Shown here: one piece after another, positions 38,811 to 48,557 of the stretch
How the letters are laid out: every line of letters starts with the position of its first letter
Position numbering within the stretch: position 1 is the stretch's first letter
Assembly: GCA_964421125.1 (NCBI GenBank)
Contig: CAYQVD010000004.1
Span: forward strand, 930-64,929
Source: an uncultured Bdellovibrionales bacterium
GTDB lineage: Bacteria > Patescibacteriota > Minisyncoccia > Moranbacterales > DUUL01
DNA length: 64,000 bases
Direction: 5' to 3'
Notes under the pieces: model-generated
The model's input: only the letters and a program-made list of their open reading frames with translations
Told to the model about the DNA's origin: nothing
The model's database searches: none
Made by a program: the position numbers and the translations under genes

Positions 38811-39602
38811 ATGATAGATACACATACACATTTGGATTTTGAGAATTTTAATGAAGATCGAGATGATGTTATTGAAAATTTCTTTAAAGATAACGGGAGG
38901 GCAATTGTAAGTATTGGTGTTAATGAAGAGCGAATTCAAAAAACAATTGAAATTTCTAAAGAATATAAAAACGTGTTTGTTTCAGTTGGTTTTCATCCAG
39001 AAGAAATTGAAAATCTTGAGAATTTTGATGATATCGAAAAGTATCTTAAAAAAGTTATCAAGGAAAATGATAAAGTTGTTGCAATTGGTGAAATTGGTTT
39101 GGATTATTTTCATTCGAAAAAAGAATCAGAACATCAAAAACAAAAAGAGCTTTTTGAGATTCAATTAAAATTAGCTAAAGAGTTAAGTCTACCGGTAGTG
39201 GTGCATTGTCGGGACGCTTATGCTGATATGTTTGAGATTCTATCCAAAGAAGAATATCTAGAAATTTCAAAAGTTTTACATTGTTATTGCGGGGAGCCAG
39301 AGCATACTAAAAGGTTTTCTGAGCTTAAAAATTTAATGTTTTCTTTTACAGGGAATATTACATTTGTTAAAGATGACAATTTTTTATTAGAGTCTTTAAA
39401 AATGATTCCAATAGAAAAAATTATGACAGAAACCGATTGTCCTTTTCTTGCGCCTGTTCCACAAAGAGGAAAAAGAAATGAGCCAAAATTTGTTCGATAT
39501 GTTATTGAAAAAATAGCAGAAGTAAAAAAAATAAGCGCAGAGAAGGTTGAACAACAAGCTGATCAAAATGCAATTGATTTTTTTAAATTAGATATTTCTT
39601 AG
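38811..39602 (+). CDS. tatD: TatD-family metal-dependent hydrolase
   Basis: MIDTHTHLDF..., ...GEIGLDYF..., ...VVVHCRDA.... Confidence 0.8.
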   Translation: MIDTHTHLDFENFNEDRDDVIENFFKDNGRAIVSIGVNEERIQKTIEISKEYKNVFVSVGFHPEEIENLENFDDIEKYLKKVIKENDKVVAIGEIGLDYFHSKKESEHQKQKELFEIQLKLAKELSLPVVVHCRDAYADMFEILSKEEYLEISKVLHCYCGEPEHTKRFSELKNLMFSFTGNITFVKDDNFLLESLKMIPIEKIMTETDCPFLAPVPQRGKRNEPKFVRYVIEKIAEVKKISAEKVEQQADQNAIDFFKLDIS

Positions 39603-39670
39603 AGAGTGGACAAGATAAAATGTTTATTTTCTTTTGATTATGGACTACTAAGTGAGTGAGAGGAGTTGAG

Positions 39671-39768
39671 AATGTAGAATCTTTATTTTTTTCACTGAAT
39701 TTATTTTTGCTAATTCAAAGTCTTTCTTTTTAATATCATTACGTTCAAAAAATAAAGATTCTACATTT
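39671..39768. repeat. Palindromic intergenic element A: conserved core (TTTTCACTGAATTTAT ... TCTTTCTTTTTAATATCATTACGTTCAAAAAATAA) flanked by 17-bp inverted repeats (AATGTAGAATCTTTATT / AATAAAGATTCTACATT)
   Basis: Copies with the same core but different, self-complementary outer arms lie at 41781-41909 and 42517-42621. Confidence 0.75.
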
Positions 39769-39865
39769 CATAATATTAGAGATAAATTTAAGGGAGTTGT
39801 TATAAAAAAACAAAAAGCTTATTCATATGAATAAGCTTTTTTGTATATTAAAGTGCTGTGTATTG

Positions 39866-41659
39866 TTAAATTTTTCTTTTAATTTCTTCTTCTTTGTAGC
39901 AAAGAAGGGAGTCTCCGACTTCTATTTTTTCTTTTCCATTAAAAGTAATTCCGCATTCTAGTCCAGATTTTACTTCTGCGACCTCTTCTTTGTTTTGTTG
40001 AAGTTGAACAAGTTCTCCTACTCCAATATGAATTTTTTCGCGAAGGATTTCCATTTTTTCTCCTTTTATAATTTTCCCATCATTAACTTTTCCTCCAATA
40101 ATCATTTGACCTTTTCCACTCTTGAAAATTGCTAAAACTTTCATTCTTCCAAGGTCAGTTCTTTTTATTTCAGGCTCAAGTAATTCTGACATTTCATTTT
40201 TAATATCTTCAACAAGTTCATAGATAACATTATATGATTTTACTTTTACATTGCTATCTTGGGCTATTCTTGTTGCAATAGATGTTGGGAAAACATTAAA
40301 TCCATAAACAAGAGCTGTTCCTGATTGAGCAGCCTTGATATCTGATTCAGTGATGAACCCAACTCCATTTTTAACAATGTCAATTTGAATTTCGTCTGAA
40401 GGTAGGGATTGTAGTATTTGGACAACTGCTTCAAGTGATCCTTGGACATCTGTTTTGAGGACTATTGATAGCTTTGTCTTTTTGGTTTCATCAATATTTC
40501 TAATAAGTTGCTTTGAACTTAAATTCATCAATCCAACAAGTGAATCATTATCAATTCCTTGAAATTGCTTTATTTTTCTTTTTAATTCTGCTTTGTTGGT
40601 TTCCACTCTAAAGACATCATTGCTTTCAGGGGACTTTGGAAGTCCTATTATTGTTACTGGAGTAGACGGACCAGCTTCTTTAATTGTTTTGCCAGTATAA
40701 TCTTCCATGCTTCTTGCTCGTCCAATAATTTTTCCAATAATGATATCATCTCCAACCTTTAGCGTTCCGGTTTTTATTAAAATTGTTGCAACTGGACCGC
40801 GCTGAGGATCTTTGTGAGACTCTAATACGATTCCAATAGCTCCTTTTTTTGCATCAGATTTAAAATCGTGAATATCTGAAACTAGGAGAAGTGTATCTAA
40901 AAGTTCATCAAGTCCCGTGTCATTTTTAGCAGAGATTTCATTAAAAGGTGTATCTCCTCCGTATCCTTCAACAAGTAATCCTATTTCAGCTAATTCTTGT
41001 TTAACTCGGTTAGCATTAGCCTCTGGTTTGTCGATTTTATTTATTGCTACAACTGTAGGAATTTTATTTTCAGTTAAAAACTTAACAACTTCTTTTGTTT
41101 GTGGTTTTACTCCATCATCTGCTGCAACAACAAGAATGGTAATATCAGCAATAGCTGCTCCTCTTTGTCTCATTGCCTGAAAGGCTTCATGCCCAGGAGT
41201 GTCAATGAATGTTATTAAGCGATCTTTTTTCTTTACTTGATAAGCATTGATGTGCTGAGTGATTCCTCCCGATTCTCCTTCGGCAATGTGGGCCTTTCTG
41301 AGCGTATCTAGCAGAGTTGTTTTCCCATGATCAACATGACCAAGAATGGTCACAATTGGTGGTCGGAAGGTAAGATCTTCTTCTTTTGCTTCTTCCTGTA
41401 ATTCTTTTTTAAGGTTTTCTATTGTAAAGATCTCACTGTTTTCTTGTATAACTTCTTGTTCTGCAATAAATCCAAGTTCTTCGCTGATAATATAAGCAGT
41501 TTCAAAATCAATCGTATCATTAAGATTTGCGATTATCCCGTTTTCCATTAATTTTTTCAATACTTCGGCAATTCCCAAGTCTAATCTATCTGAAAGTTCC
41601 TTAACTGTTAGTTGAGATGGAAGAGAAACTGGCTTTTTTTCTACTTGTTCTTCTGTCAT
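39866..41659 (-). CDS. infB: Translation initiation factor IF-2 (short N-terminus)
   Basis: GHVDHGKTTLLD, DTPGHEAF, NKIDK, and a C-terminal beta-barrel domain. Confidence 0.9.
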   Translation of the reverse strand: MTEEQVEKKPVSLPSQLTVKELSDRLDLGIAEVLKKLMENGIIANLNDTIDFETAYIISEELGFIAEQEVIQENSEIFTIENLKKELQEEAKEEDLTFRPPIVTILGHVDHGKTTLLDTLRKAHIAEGESGGITQHINAYQVKKKDRLITFIDTPGHEAFQAMRQRGAAIADITILVVAADDGVKPQTKEVVKFLTENKIPTVVAINKIDKPEANANRVKQELAEIGLLVEGYGGDTPFNEISAKNDTGLDELLDTLLLVSDIHDFKSDAKKGAIGIVLESHKDPQRGPVATILIKTGTLKVGDDIIIGKIIGRARSMEDYTGKTIKEAGPSTPVTIIGLPKSPESNDVFRVETNKAELKRKIKQFQGIDNDSLVGLMNLSSKQLIRNIDETKKTKLSIVLKTDVQGSLEAVVQILQSLPSDEIQIDIVKNGVGFITESDIKAAQSGTALVYGFNVFPTSIATRIAQDSNVKVKSYNVIYELVEDIKNEMSELLEPEIKRTDLGRMKVLAIFKSGKGQMIIGGKVNDGKIIKGEKMEILREKIHIGVGELVQLQQNKEEVAEVKSGLECGITFNGKEKIEVGDSLLCYKEEEIKRKI

Positions 41660-41780
41660 ATAAAGTTTATTTAATTACTCTTCTTTATATCAGGTTATCA
41701 GTCTAAAGTCAAAAAAAGTCCCTAATTACGGGAAATTTTAATGTACTTGAACGGAAGTAGTGAAATTTGATAGAATTAAA

Positions 41781-41909
41781 ATTAAGTATATTTATTTTTT
41801 CACTGAATTTATCTTTCTTTTATAATAAATTAGTGGTTTTCTAGGGGGTTTTATGACTCTTGAGTCTTTCTTTTTAATATCATTACGTTCAAAAATAAAC
41901 ATACTTAAT
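41781..41909. repeat. Palindromic intergenic element B (same core as A; outer arms ATTAAGTATATTTATTTTTT / AAAAATAAACATACTTAAT)
   Basis: Seen directly; lies between the infB start and the stop of the upstream gene. Confidence 0.75.
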
Positions 41910-41966
41910 TTCAATTCTACTTTTAAAGGGGTAGTAAACAGAGAGGTAAGAGATATTTTGTGACTA

Positions 41967-42470
41967 TTAAAGATTCTTTTTAATCTTCTGGTTATTTTTA
42001 TCTATAGAAGCTGTTTTTATCGCTTGTTTTTCCTCTTCAGTTAAAGGATATTTAGCAGATGCTCCTTTTTGGATTGATTTTGAATAAATTCTAACCCCAT
42101 CTCTTGAATAAAGGGATGAAATAACGACTCCGTTGTCGTCTCCGTCTAAGAGTGCTAATGAAAAACTTTGATCTCCTCCGATGTCTCGAAAGGGATTAAA
42201 TCGAATAAAGCCGGTTTTATGAATTCCCTTAAGGGCAAGGGATTGAATTTTAGAAGTAATTTCATAGAGATCATGAACCTCCTCGTCTAGTTTTTCAGTT
42301 TTTTGGTTATTTGATAAGACGATTTTTTCAAGATCTTTTCCGTTTTTTCCCTTGAAAAGAATTGTTTGTTTCTTTTGAAGTTGAGATATTTTGATTTGCA
42401 GAAAAATTACCCAAAATAAAAGAATTACAATTCCTCCTGCTAGAATATATATAATATTTGAATTTTCCAT
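41967..42470 (-). CDS. DUF4446-like protein with an N-terminal TM helix
   Basis: ...GFIRFNPFRDIGGDQSFSLALLDGDDNGVVISSLYSRDGVRIYSKSI... matches the DUF4446 signature as recalled. Confidence 0.5.
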   Translation of the reverse strand: MENSNIIYILAGGIVILLFWVIFLQIKISQLQKKQTILFKGKNGKDLEKIVLSNNQKTEKLDEEVHDLYEITSKIQSLALKGIHKTGFIRFNPFRDIGGDQSFSLALLDGDDNGVVISSLYSRDGVRIYSKSIQKGASAKYPLTEEEKQAIKTASIDKNNQKIKKNL

Positions 42471-42516
42471 TGTTTTTGCTTAATATTCTAATAGTTACTC
42501 ATGAGTACTAAATGTG

Positions 42517-42621
42517 TACAAAGATAAAATATTTATTTATTTTCACTGAATTTAATCCTGGTAACTTTAGGCCTCATTTCTTGATATCATTATGTTCAAA
42601 AAATAACTATTTTATCTTTGT
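42517..42621. repeat. Palindromic intergenic element C (same core as A and B; outer arms ACAAAGATAAAATATTTATTTATTTT / AAAAAATAACTATTTTATCTTTGT)
   Basis: Seen directly. Confidence 0.7.
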
Positions 42622-42633
42622 GTTTATCTTAGT

Positions 42634-43422
42634 TTATTCTATCTTATCGGTCGTATTTTGCAAATCTTTTTCTTGGAAATTCTTGGTTTCTGGTAGAAGA
42701 TTCCACATCACTTCAAAGATAGACTTAATTCCTTCAAAAATTTTTGAACTTTCAATGATAATCCCCAAGTCTTCTTTGTATGAAATTATTCCTAGTTTTG
42801 TCTTCCCGTAAATTTTTATTTCTAAATCAAGTCCAGAAAAGGCATTATCTGCGGAAAATTTTGTTTTAGTGATTCCTTTTTCTTTTATATCTTGAGCAAA
42901 GACTCTGTTTTCGGGGGAGTCAGGGACAATAGCTCTGGCCCAAATTTTTTTATTAATTCTTTCGGGCAAGTAATGTTTCCAGAAGTATTCTTCACCAAGA
43001 TTAATGTATGGATAAGGATACCAAGTCAGGATTTCCTGGTTACTATAGCGTAATGTGTCCTCAAAAACTTCTTTAACTCCAGTTAATCCCTCGAAATACC
43101 TTATTTTTGGCTTTTTATCAAGTAAGTTCATTATTGAGAGCAGTTCAGGCATGGTTTCTTCAAGCGTCTTTTTTTTAGTCTCCAGTGACTCAATGAGTTT
43201 TTGGGGGTTTTCTGCTAGGAAAATCGGCTTTTTCCCGCGGTTTGTTTGGCTTATTATTCCTTTTTTCTTAAGGTTTTCAAGGACATCATAGACAGTAGAA
43301 CGCTTGATTCCTGATTTTTGGACAATTTTAGCAATACTGGCTTCACCAAGTTCCATGATCGCTAAATAGACTTTAGCTTCTTTTTCTTCTAGCCCTGCAT
43401 CAATAAGTTTTTGAATAAGCAT
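42634..43422 (-). CDS. TrmB-like wHTH regulator (paralog 2)
   Basis: KEAKVYLAIMELGEASIAKIVQKSGIKRSTVYDVLENLKKKGII; C-terminal domain conserved with the other paralogs. Confidence 0.7.
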   Translation of the reverse strand: MLIQKLIDAGLEEKEAKVYLAIMELGEASIAKIVQKSGIKRSTVYDVLENLKKKGIISQTNRGKKPIFLAENPQKLIESLETKKKTLEETMPELLSIMNLLDKKPKIRYFEGLTGVKEVFEDTLRYSNQEILTWYPYPYINLGEEYFWKHYLPERINKKIWARAIVPDSPENRVFAQDIKEKGITKTKFSADNAFSGLDLEIKIYGKTKLGIISYKEDLGIIIESSKIFEGIKSIFEVMWNLLPETKNFQEKDLQNTTDKIE

Positions 43423-43573
43423 GGTTTTTGTTAAAAATAACGCTTTTTGCGTCGTTATTACTAGTATAGCATATATTGCTAAATTTGTCTATAGATAAAG
43501 CGTTTCCAATATCTTCCTAAACTTTTAAATAGGCTTGTTTGACATAACTATTGCCAAATGGGTCATTTTGTTG

Positions 43574-43610
43574 TATACTAATTTATTACGATGAAATAGC
43601 TTTATTGTAA
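43574..43610 (+). promoter_or_regulatory. TATACT -10-like element followed by the palindrome TTACGATGAAATAGCTTTATTGTAA (second copy of the 3071-3107 element)
   Basis: GTATACTAATTTATTACGATGAAATAG is identical to the 3069-3095 region. Confidence 0.45.
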
Positions 43611-43657
43611 GAAGAGGAAGATAGTTCGTTGAAAATTGAAGATAAGGGAGAGGGGAA

Positions 43658-44218
43658 ATGTTTGGAAAAATAAATAAAGTAGAAAGATTTGTTGCTATCA
43701 AAGATGCAAAACATAACATGCTTTATCACAGAATTAGCCCAAGATTTTATATGAACATTAGAAAAGCAATGTTAGGTGATAAGGAGTGGAATCAAGTCTT
43801 TGATGAAGCTTCTTTTGATGAGTGTATCAGGTTTTTGAAAATGGATCTTTATGAGAATGGGAATGTTAATTCCTATGCTATTGAAAAAATGATCGAGATT
43901 ATTTCTGAAGAAAAAGGAGAAAAGAAGTTTTGGTTGTTAGTGAAGGCAACTCCTTTTCTTCAAAGACGAAGTGACTATGGAGGGTGGCAATATATCACTC
44001 AAGAAGCCAGGGAAGTGTTAATGGCTATTTATTGGGAAATTGAAAGTGCTCCTAATTATTCAATTTTTCTTTGGGCTTCTGATGAAAATAATCATCGAGC
44101 TTGTGGAAACATTCCTTTTATGAAGGCAATTAACCAGAAAGTACGAAAGCTTTCAGGAAACAAGGCTTTTAAAATTAAATATTTAAAGGAGGGAAAGAAA
44201 AAATTTCGGATGAAATAA
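43658..44218 (+). CDS. Hypothetical protein (186 aa), divergent from TrmB-like paralog 2
   Basis: RBS GGGAGAGGGG; no recognisable domain. Confidence 0.5.
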   Translation: MFGKINKVERFVAIKDAKHNMLYHRISPRFYMNIRKAMLGDKEWNQVFDEASFDECIRFLKMDLYENGNVNSYAIEKMIEIISEEKGEKKFWLLVKATPFLQRRSDYGGWQYITQEAREVLMAIYWEIESAPNYSIFLWASDENNHRACGNIPFMKAINQKVRKLSGNKAFKIKYLKEGKKKFRMK

Positions 44219-44257
44219 AAGGTGAAAGCAAGTCTGTCTAGAAAATTTGCTAACTAA

Positions 44258-44304
44258 AAAACCGAGCCAAGTTTGTTATCATACAAACTTGGCTCTTTTA
44301 TTTT
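44258..44304 (+). terminator. Rho-independent terminator
   Basis: ACCGAGCCAAGTTTGT..ACAAACTTGGCTC stem followed by TTTTATTTTT. Confidence 0.7.
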
Positions 44305-44423
44305 TCGTGGAAAGTCTTGAAAAAAAGAATTATTTAATATAGTATTAGTTTTAGTTTAGTTAATGTTTTTGTATTGAAAGAATCTTTTCTAAAAACTAAT
44401 AACTATAAGCTAAAAACTAAAAA

Positions 44424-44497
44424 GGGTGATTAGCTCAGTTGGTTAGAGCGCTTGCTCGACACGCAAGAGGTCAGTGGTTCAAATCCTCTATCACCCA
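44424..44497 (+). tRNA. tRNA-Val (anticodon GAC); the anticodon loop reads UCGACAC, so position 33 is C rather than U
   Basis: GGGTGAT acceptor, GCTCAGTTGGTTAGAGC D-arm, CTTGC/GCAAG anticodon stem, TTCAAAT T-loop. Confidence 0.7.
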
Positions 44498-44503
44498 CAA
44501 ATG

Positions 44504-44535
44504 AAAAAACGCCTTTTTTGAAGGCGTTTTTGTAT
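44504..44535. terminator. Bidirectional rho-independent terminator between tRNA-Val and xerC
   Basis: AAAACGCCTT TTTTG AAGGCGTTTT with A-tract and T-tract flanks. Confidence 0.7.
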
Positions 44536-44544
44536 ATTTCAAGT

Positions 44545-45489
44545 TTATTTTCTCTTAGAATATTTTTCATAAACTTCTTTTAGTTTTTCATTGGTGACAT
44601 GGGTGTAGATTTGGGTAGTGCTGATGGAGCTGTGGCCAAGCAGGGATTGAACGCTTCGAATGTCAGCGCCATTTTGAAGAAGATTTGTGGCGAAGCTGTG
44701 ACGAAGAACGTGAGGGGTAACCTTTTTGAGAATACCGGCTTTGGCGGTGTATTTTTTTATCATTCTTTGTATTGATCGAGGAGTGAGACGCAAGTTTGAG
44801 TGCTCGCCGGGATTTTTAACGATTCTAACAAAAAGAGCGGGGTCAACATCGGTTCTTTTTTCGAGATATTTCTGAATGATGTCTCGAGCCTCTTCTGAAA
44901 TAAAAACAATTCTAATTTTTGAGCCTTTTCCTATCACGGAAAATTCTCTCTTTTTTAAATTAATTTGATCACGGTTTAACCTTGTTAATTCAGAAATTCG
45001 AAGTCCAGAAGAAAACAAGAGAATTAGAATGGCTTTATCTCTTTTTTGAGCCAGGGCTTCTCCGTCGGCAGATTTGATTATTTCTCGAACTTCTTCAATA
45101 GTGAGAAAATCAATTACACGGTCTTTCGTTTTTGCTAGTTCAATTTTTTCTGGAGCAAGTGATTTAATATTTTTTTTAGTAAGATACCCCAAAAAACCTC
45201 TTAGTGCGATAATGTAATAATTTTGAGTTCTGTGAGTGATTAATTTTTTATGAGGTCCCTTTTGACGGCTTAAAGAAACTCTGAATTTATGAACAATTTC
45301 TTCTGTGATTTCTTCTGGATTTTTTAGTTTTGACCATTTTAAAAATTTTAAAAGATAGCGATCATAGTTTTCAATTGTTTTTGGAGAACGATTTTTATCT
45401 ACTTCTAAATATTCTAGGAAATCAGTCTTTAATTTTTGTAAATTATTCATTGAAAAATGATATTTTTTATGATACACTCTTTTTACCAT
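44545..45489 (-). CDS. xerC: Tyrosine site-specific recombinase, XerC/XerD-like
   Basis: C-terminal HVLRHSFATNLLQNGADIRSVQSLLGHSSISTTQIYTHV (R..H..Y triad) and a Xer-type N-terminus. Confidence 0.8.
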   Translation of the reverse strand: MVKRVYHKKYHFSMNNLQKLKTDFLEYLEVDKNRSPKTIENYDRYLLKFLKWSKLKNPEEITEEIVHKFRVSLSRQKGPHKKLITHRTQNYYIIALRGFLGYLTKKNIKSLAPEKIELAKTKDRVIDFLTIEEVREIIKSADGEALAQKRDKAILILLFSSGLRISELTRLNRDQINLKKREFSVIGKGSKIRIVFISEEARDIIQKYLEKRTDVDPALFVRIVKNPGEHSNLRLTPRSIQRMIKKYTAKAGILKKVTPHVLRHSFATNLLQNGADIRSVQSLLGHSSISTTQIYTHVTNEKLKEVYEKYSKRK

Positions 45490-45590
45490 AAATTCAGGCT
45501 TTTCGCAAAGAGCTGATAAAATATTGACAAAAATTGACTAGATTGCTATGATTATCTCTGTTTTATGATTCGATTTATTATTCAATATGA

Positions 45591-46880
45591 TTGTCGATTG
45601 ATGAGAGTTTTCTTCTAGGGAGTTCTCTCTATAGATTGGTAATTAAAGAAGGAAATAAAGCCATTAAACGCTTTAATTTTAAAAAATTCGAAAAAACTGA
45701 AGAAAAAAAAAGGGGAAGGATAATAAAAGAAAAAGCTACTGATTTTTATCAGATAGTTATTGGATTTCTTTTAAGAGTAGAGAAAAAAATAATAGCGATT
45801 ATTAAGCGCAACAAGACCAAAGTTTTGTTGGATTTTTTTAGAAAAAATTCAGCAGTTTTAGTTGTTGTGGTTGTTTCTATTTTAGTTATTGCTGGAAATA
45901 TAAATATAGAAAAAGATCATAATAGTTTTTTATTTGATTACTTCAGTGATTCAACAAATAATATGAGTAAGATTCAACATCGAGTGGAAAGTCAAACTCA
46001 TCAAATTAATTTAACAATGGCGTCGCTTGTTCTAGCTGATTCAAGTGATCAAGAAGATATTTCCGATTTAATAATTAAGGATGGAAATTTAAATCAAAAT
46101 CAAATGCAACATCAGGTTTTAACAGCTTCTGCTGCGCCGGATGCTAAGAAATTATTGAGCGAGGGAGCTGATGTAGCTGTTTATGAAGTTCAAAAAGGGG
46201 ATACAGTGAGTACGATTGCTGATGACTTTGAAGTTACAACTAATACTCTTTTGTGGGCGAATGATATTGATGATCCTGACATGATTAAGCCGGGAGATAA
46301 GATTTTTGTTCTGCCTATTACTGGATTGAAGCATATTGTTAAAAGTGGTGATAATATTAAAGCAATCGCCAAGGAATACGAAGCAGATGAAAAAAGAATT
46401 ATTGCCTTTAACGAACTTCCAGCAGATGGAGCACTTAAGGTTGGTGAGGAGATAATAATTCCTGGTGGAGAAAAAGATGAACCGGTTCCAGTAATTCAAC
46501 AAAGAGATTATTATAGTTCTGATGTTACAAGTGATTCCAGTAGAGGACCTTCTGTTATTGATAAGAATCCAAAAGGTGGACACTCTTTTCCTTATGGATA
46601 TTGTACTTGGTATGTAGCTTCTAAAAAATATGTTCCATGGGGTGGGAATGCAGGTACTTGGCTTTATAACGCTAGAGCATATGGAGCGAAAACTGGCAAG
46701 AAACCAAAGAAGGGAGCAATTCTTGTGACCAATGAGAGTTGGTATGGTCATGTTGCTATTGTAGAAAAAATTAAAGGAAGTTCGATTACAATTTCTGAGA
46801 TGAATTATAAAGGATTTGGAAAAATTAGTTCACGAACACTTTCAACAAAGAGTTCTGTGATTAAAGGCTATATATATTAA
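45591..46880 (+). CDS. Two LysM repeats plus a C-terminal CHAP-domain peptidoglycan hydrolase (start uncertain)
   Basis: LysM motifs YEVQKGDTVSTIADDF and IVKSGDNIKAIAKEY; CHAP signature GYCTWYVASK...GHVAIVEKI. Confidence 0.75.
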   Translation: MSIDESFLLGSSLYRLVIKEGNKAIKRFNFKKFEKTEEKKRGRIIKEKATDFYQIVIGFLLRVEKKIIAIIKRNKTKVLLDFFRKNSAVLVVVVVSILVIAGNINIEKDHNSFLFDYFSDSTNNMSKIQHRVESQTHQINLTMASLVLADSSDQEDISDLIIKDGNLNQNQMQHQVLTASAAPDAKKLLSEGADVAVYEVQKGDTVSTIADDFEVTTNTLLWANDIDDPDMIKPGDKIFVLPITGLKHIVKSGDNIKAIAKEYEADEKRIIAFNELPADGALKVGEEIIIPGGEKDEPVPVIQQRDYYSSDVTSDSSRGPSVIDKNPKGGHSFPYGYCTWYVASKKYVPWGGNAGTWLYNARAYGAKTGKKPKKGAILVTNESWYGHVAIVEKIKGSSITISEMNYKGFGKISSRTLSTKSSVIKGYIY

Positions 46881-46924
46881 AAAAATCAAAACTTAAAAAT
46901 CAAATATCAAAATTAATGATAAAT

Positions 46925-46953
46925 AAAATCGCCTTAAGGCGATTTTATTTTTA
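46925..46953. terminator. Bidirectional terminator hairpin AAAATCGCCTT/AAGGCGATTTT
   Basis: Perfect 11-bp inverted repeat with flanking T-tracts. Confidence 0.65.
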
Positions 46954-47009
46954 TTTAGTAACCCGTTTTATTTTTTAGTATTTTATTAGAGATAAATTAT
47001 TTAGTTTTT

Positions 47010-48539
47010 TTAATTTTCTTCCCGGAAGCGATATTGGATGGCTTCGGCGAGGTGGGGGACTTGAATGTTTTCTGATTTTTCTAAATCAGCAATTGTTCTG
47101 GCGACTTTTAGAAGACGATGATAGGCACGAGGGGAAAGATTCATTTTGTCTATTGCATTACGCAGTAGATTTTTTTCTTCAATTCCAATTTTGCAAAACT
47201 CTCGAATATGCTTATTTTCCATTTCTGAGTTTAATAAAACAGAAGAATTATTAAATCTTTGGAGTTGAATTTCTCTTGTTTCAAGAATTCTTTGGCGAGC
47301 ATTTTCACTTTTTTCTGATAATTCATCTTGAGAAAGTTTTTCAAATTTTATTAATGGAACTTCGATGTGAAGATCAATTCGGTCCATAATTGGTCCGGAT
47401 ATTTTTCTTTTATAACGAGATATTTGGACTGGAGTGCAAGTGCATTGTTTTTGAGGGCTGGAAGCATTTCCACATGGGCATGGATTCATAGCGGCAATTA
47501 GAATGAAATTAGCAGGAAAAGTGAGGCTTCCTTGGGCTCGTGCAATTGAAACTTTTCCGTCTTCAAGTGGTTGACGAAGATTTTCAATTACTTCTCGAGA
47601 AAATTCTGGAAATTCATCTAAAAATAAAACACCTCTGTTGGCTAGTGAGATCTCTCCTGGTTTCGGGAATGATCCACCCCCGACTAGTGAAACTGCTGAG
47701 GCACTGTGATGCGGACTTCTGAAAGGGCGATTGAAGATTAATGGTTTTTCTGCATTGGTGAGTCCAGCGATTGAATAGAGTTTAGTGACTTCGAATGATT
47801 CTTCTTTTGTCATTGGTGACATAATTGAACAAACAGATTTTGCTAACATTGTTTTTCCTGACCCTGGAGGTCCGGAAAGAATAATATTATGGCCACCGGC
47901 CACAGCGATCTCCAAGGCTCTTTTTGCATGTTCTTGACCTTTTATAAAACAAAAATCAAAAGGATTATCAATAGGTTTTAGATTTTCTTGAGAAAAACTT
48001 TTTTTCTTAAGAGGTTTGATAGGAATTTTTCCATCCAGTATTTCAAAGATATGCTTTAGACTTTTTATTGGGATTATATTAATTTCTTCTACAAAATTTG
48101 CTTCTTCTGCAACTTCAGCAGGGAGGAATATGTTTTTTATTCCTTTATCTTTCAATGAAAGCGTAATTGGGAGAACACCTTTAATTCTTCGAAGGTCTCC
48201 GTTAAGAGCAAGTTCTCCTAAAAAGACAGAATCTTTTGGAATTTTTGAAAGTTGTTCTGATGCTAACAAAAAACCAATAGCGATTGGCAGATCAAAAGCT
48301 GGTCCTTCTTTTTTAAGGTCAGCTGGAGCAAGATTAACGGTGATTCTTCCGAAAAAATGAGGTGGACGAAGATCGGAATTTTTAATAGCGCTGGAAACTC
48401 GATCTTTTGCTTCTTTGACAGCGGTGTCAGGAAGTCCAACAATATTAAAAACCGGTTGTCCCGGTGATGTGTCCACTTCCACTTCAATTATTTTTCCTTC
48501 CATTCCAAATGTAGTTGCTGAAAAAACTTTTGATGCCAT
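47010..48539 (-). CDS. comM: YifB/ComM-family Mg-chelatase-like AAA+ ATPase
   Basis: GPPGSGKTMLAK Walker A and ...VLFLDEFPEF... Walker B. Confidence 0.85.
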   Translation of the reverse strand: MASKVFSATTFGMEGKIIEVEVDTSPGQPVFNIVGLPDTAVKEAKDRVSSAIKNSDLRPPHFFGRITVNLAPADLKKEGPAFDLPIAIGFLLASEQLSKIPKDSVFLGELALNGDLRRIKGVLPITLSLKDKGIKNIFLPAEVAEEANFVEEINIIPIKSLKHIFEILDGKIPIKPLKKKSFSQENLKPIDNPFDFCFIKGQEHAKRALEIAVAGGHNIILSGPPGSGKTMLAKSVCSIMSPMTKEESFEVTKLYSIAGLTNAEKPLIFNRPFRSPHHSASAVSLVGGGSFPKPGEISLANRGVLFLDEFPEFSREVIENLRQPLEDGKVSIARAQGSLTFPANFILIAAMNPCPCGNASSPQKQCTCTPVQISRYKRKISGPIMDRIDLHIEVPLIKFEKLSQDELSEKSENARQRILETREIQLQRFNNSSVLLNSEMENKHIREFCKIGIEEKNLLRNAIDKMNLSPRAYHRLLKVARTIADLEKSENIQVPHLAEAIQYRFREEN

Positions 48540-48557
48540 TTTTATTTTAATAAAATA

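Noticed and set aside
44545-45489. Integrase of a tRNA-Val-targeted genomic island
   Set aside because: The protein has XerC/D-type N- and C-termini. No duplicated tRNA 3' segment or phage or conjugation genes follow. It is kept only as a low-interest finding.
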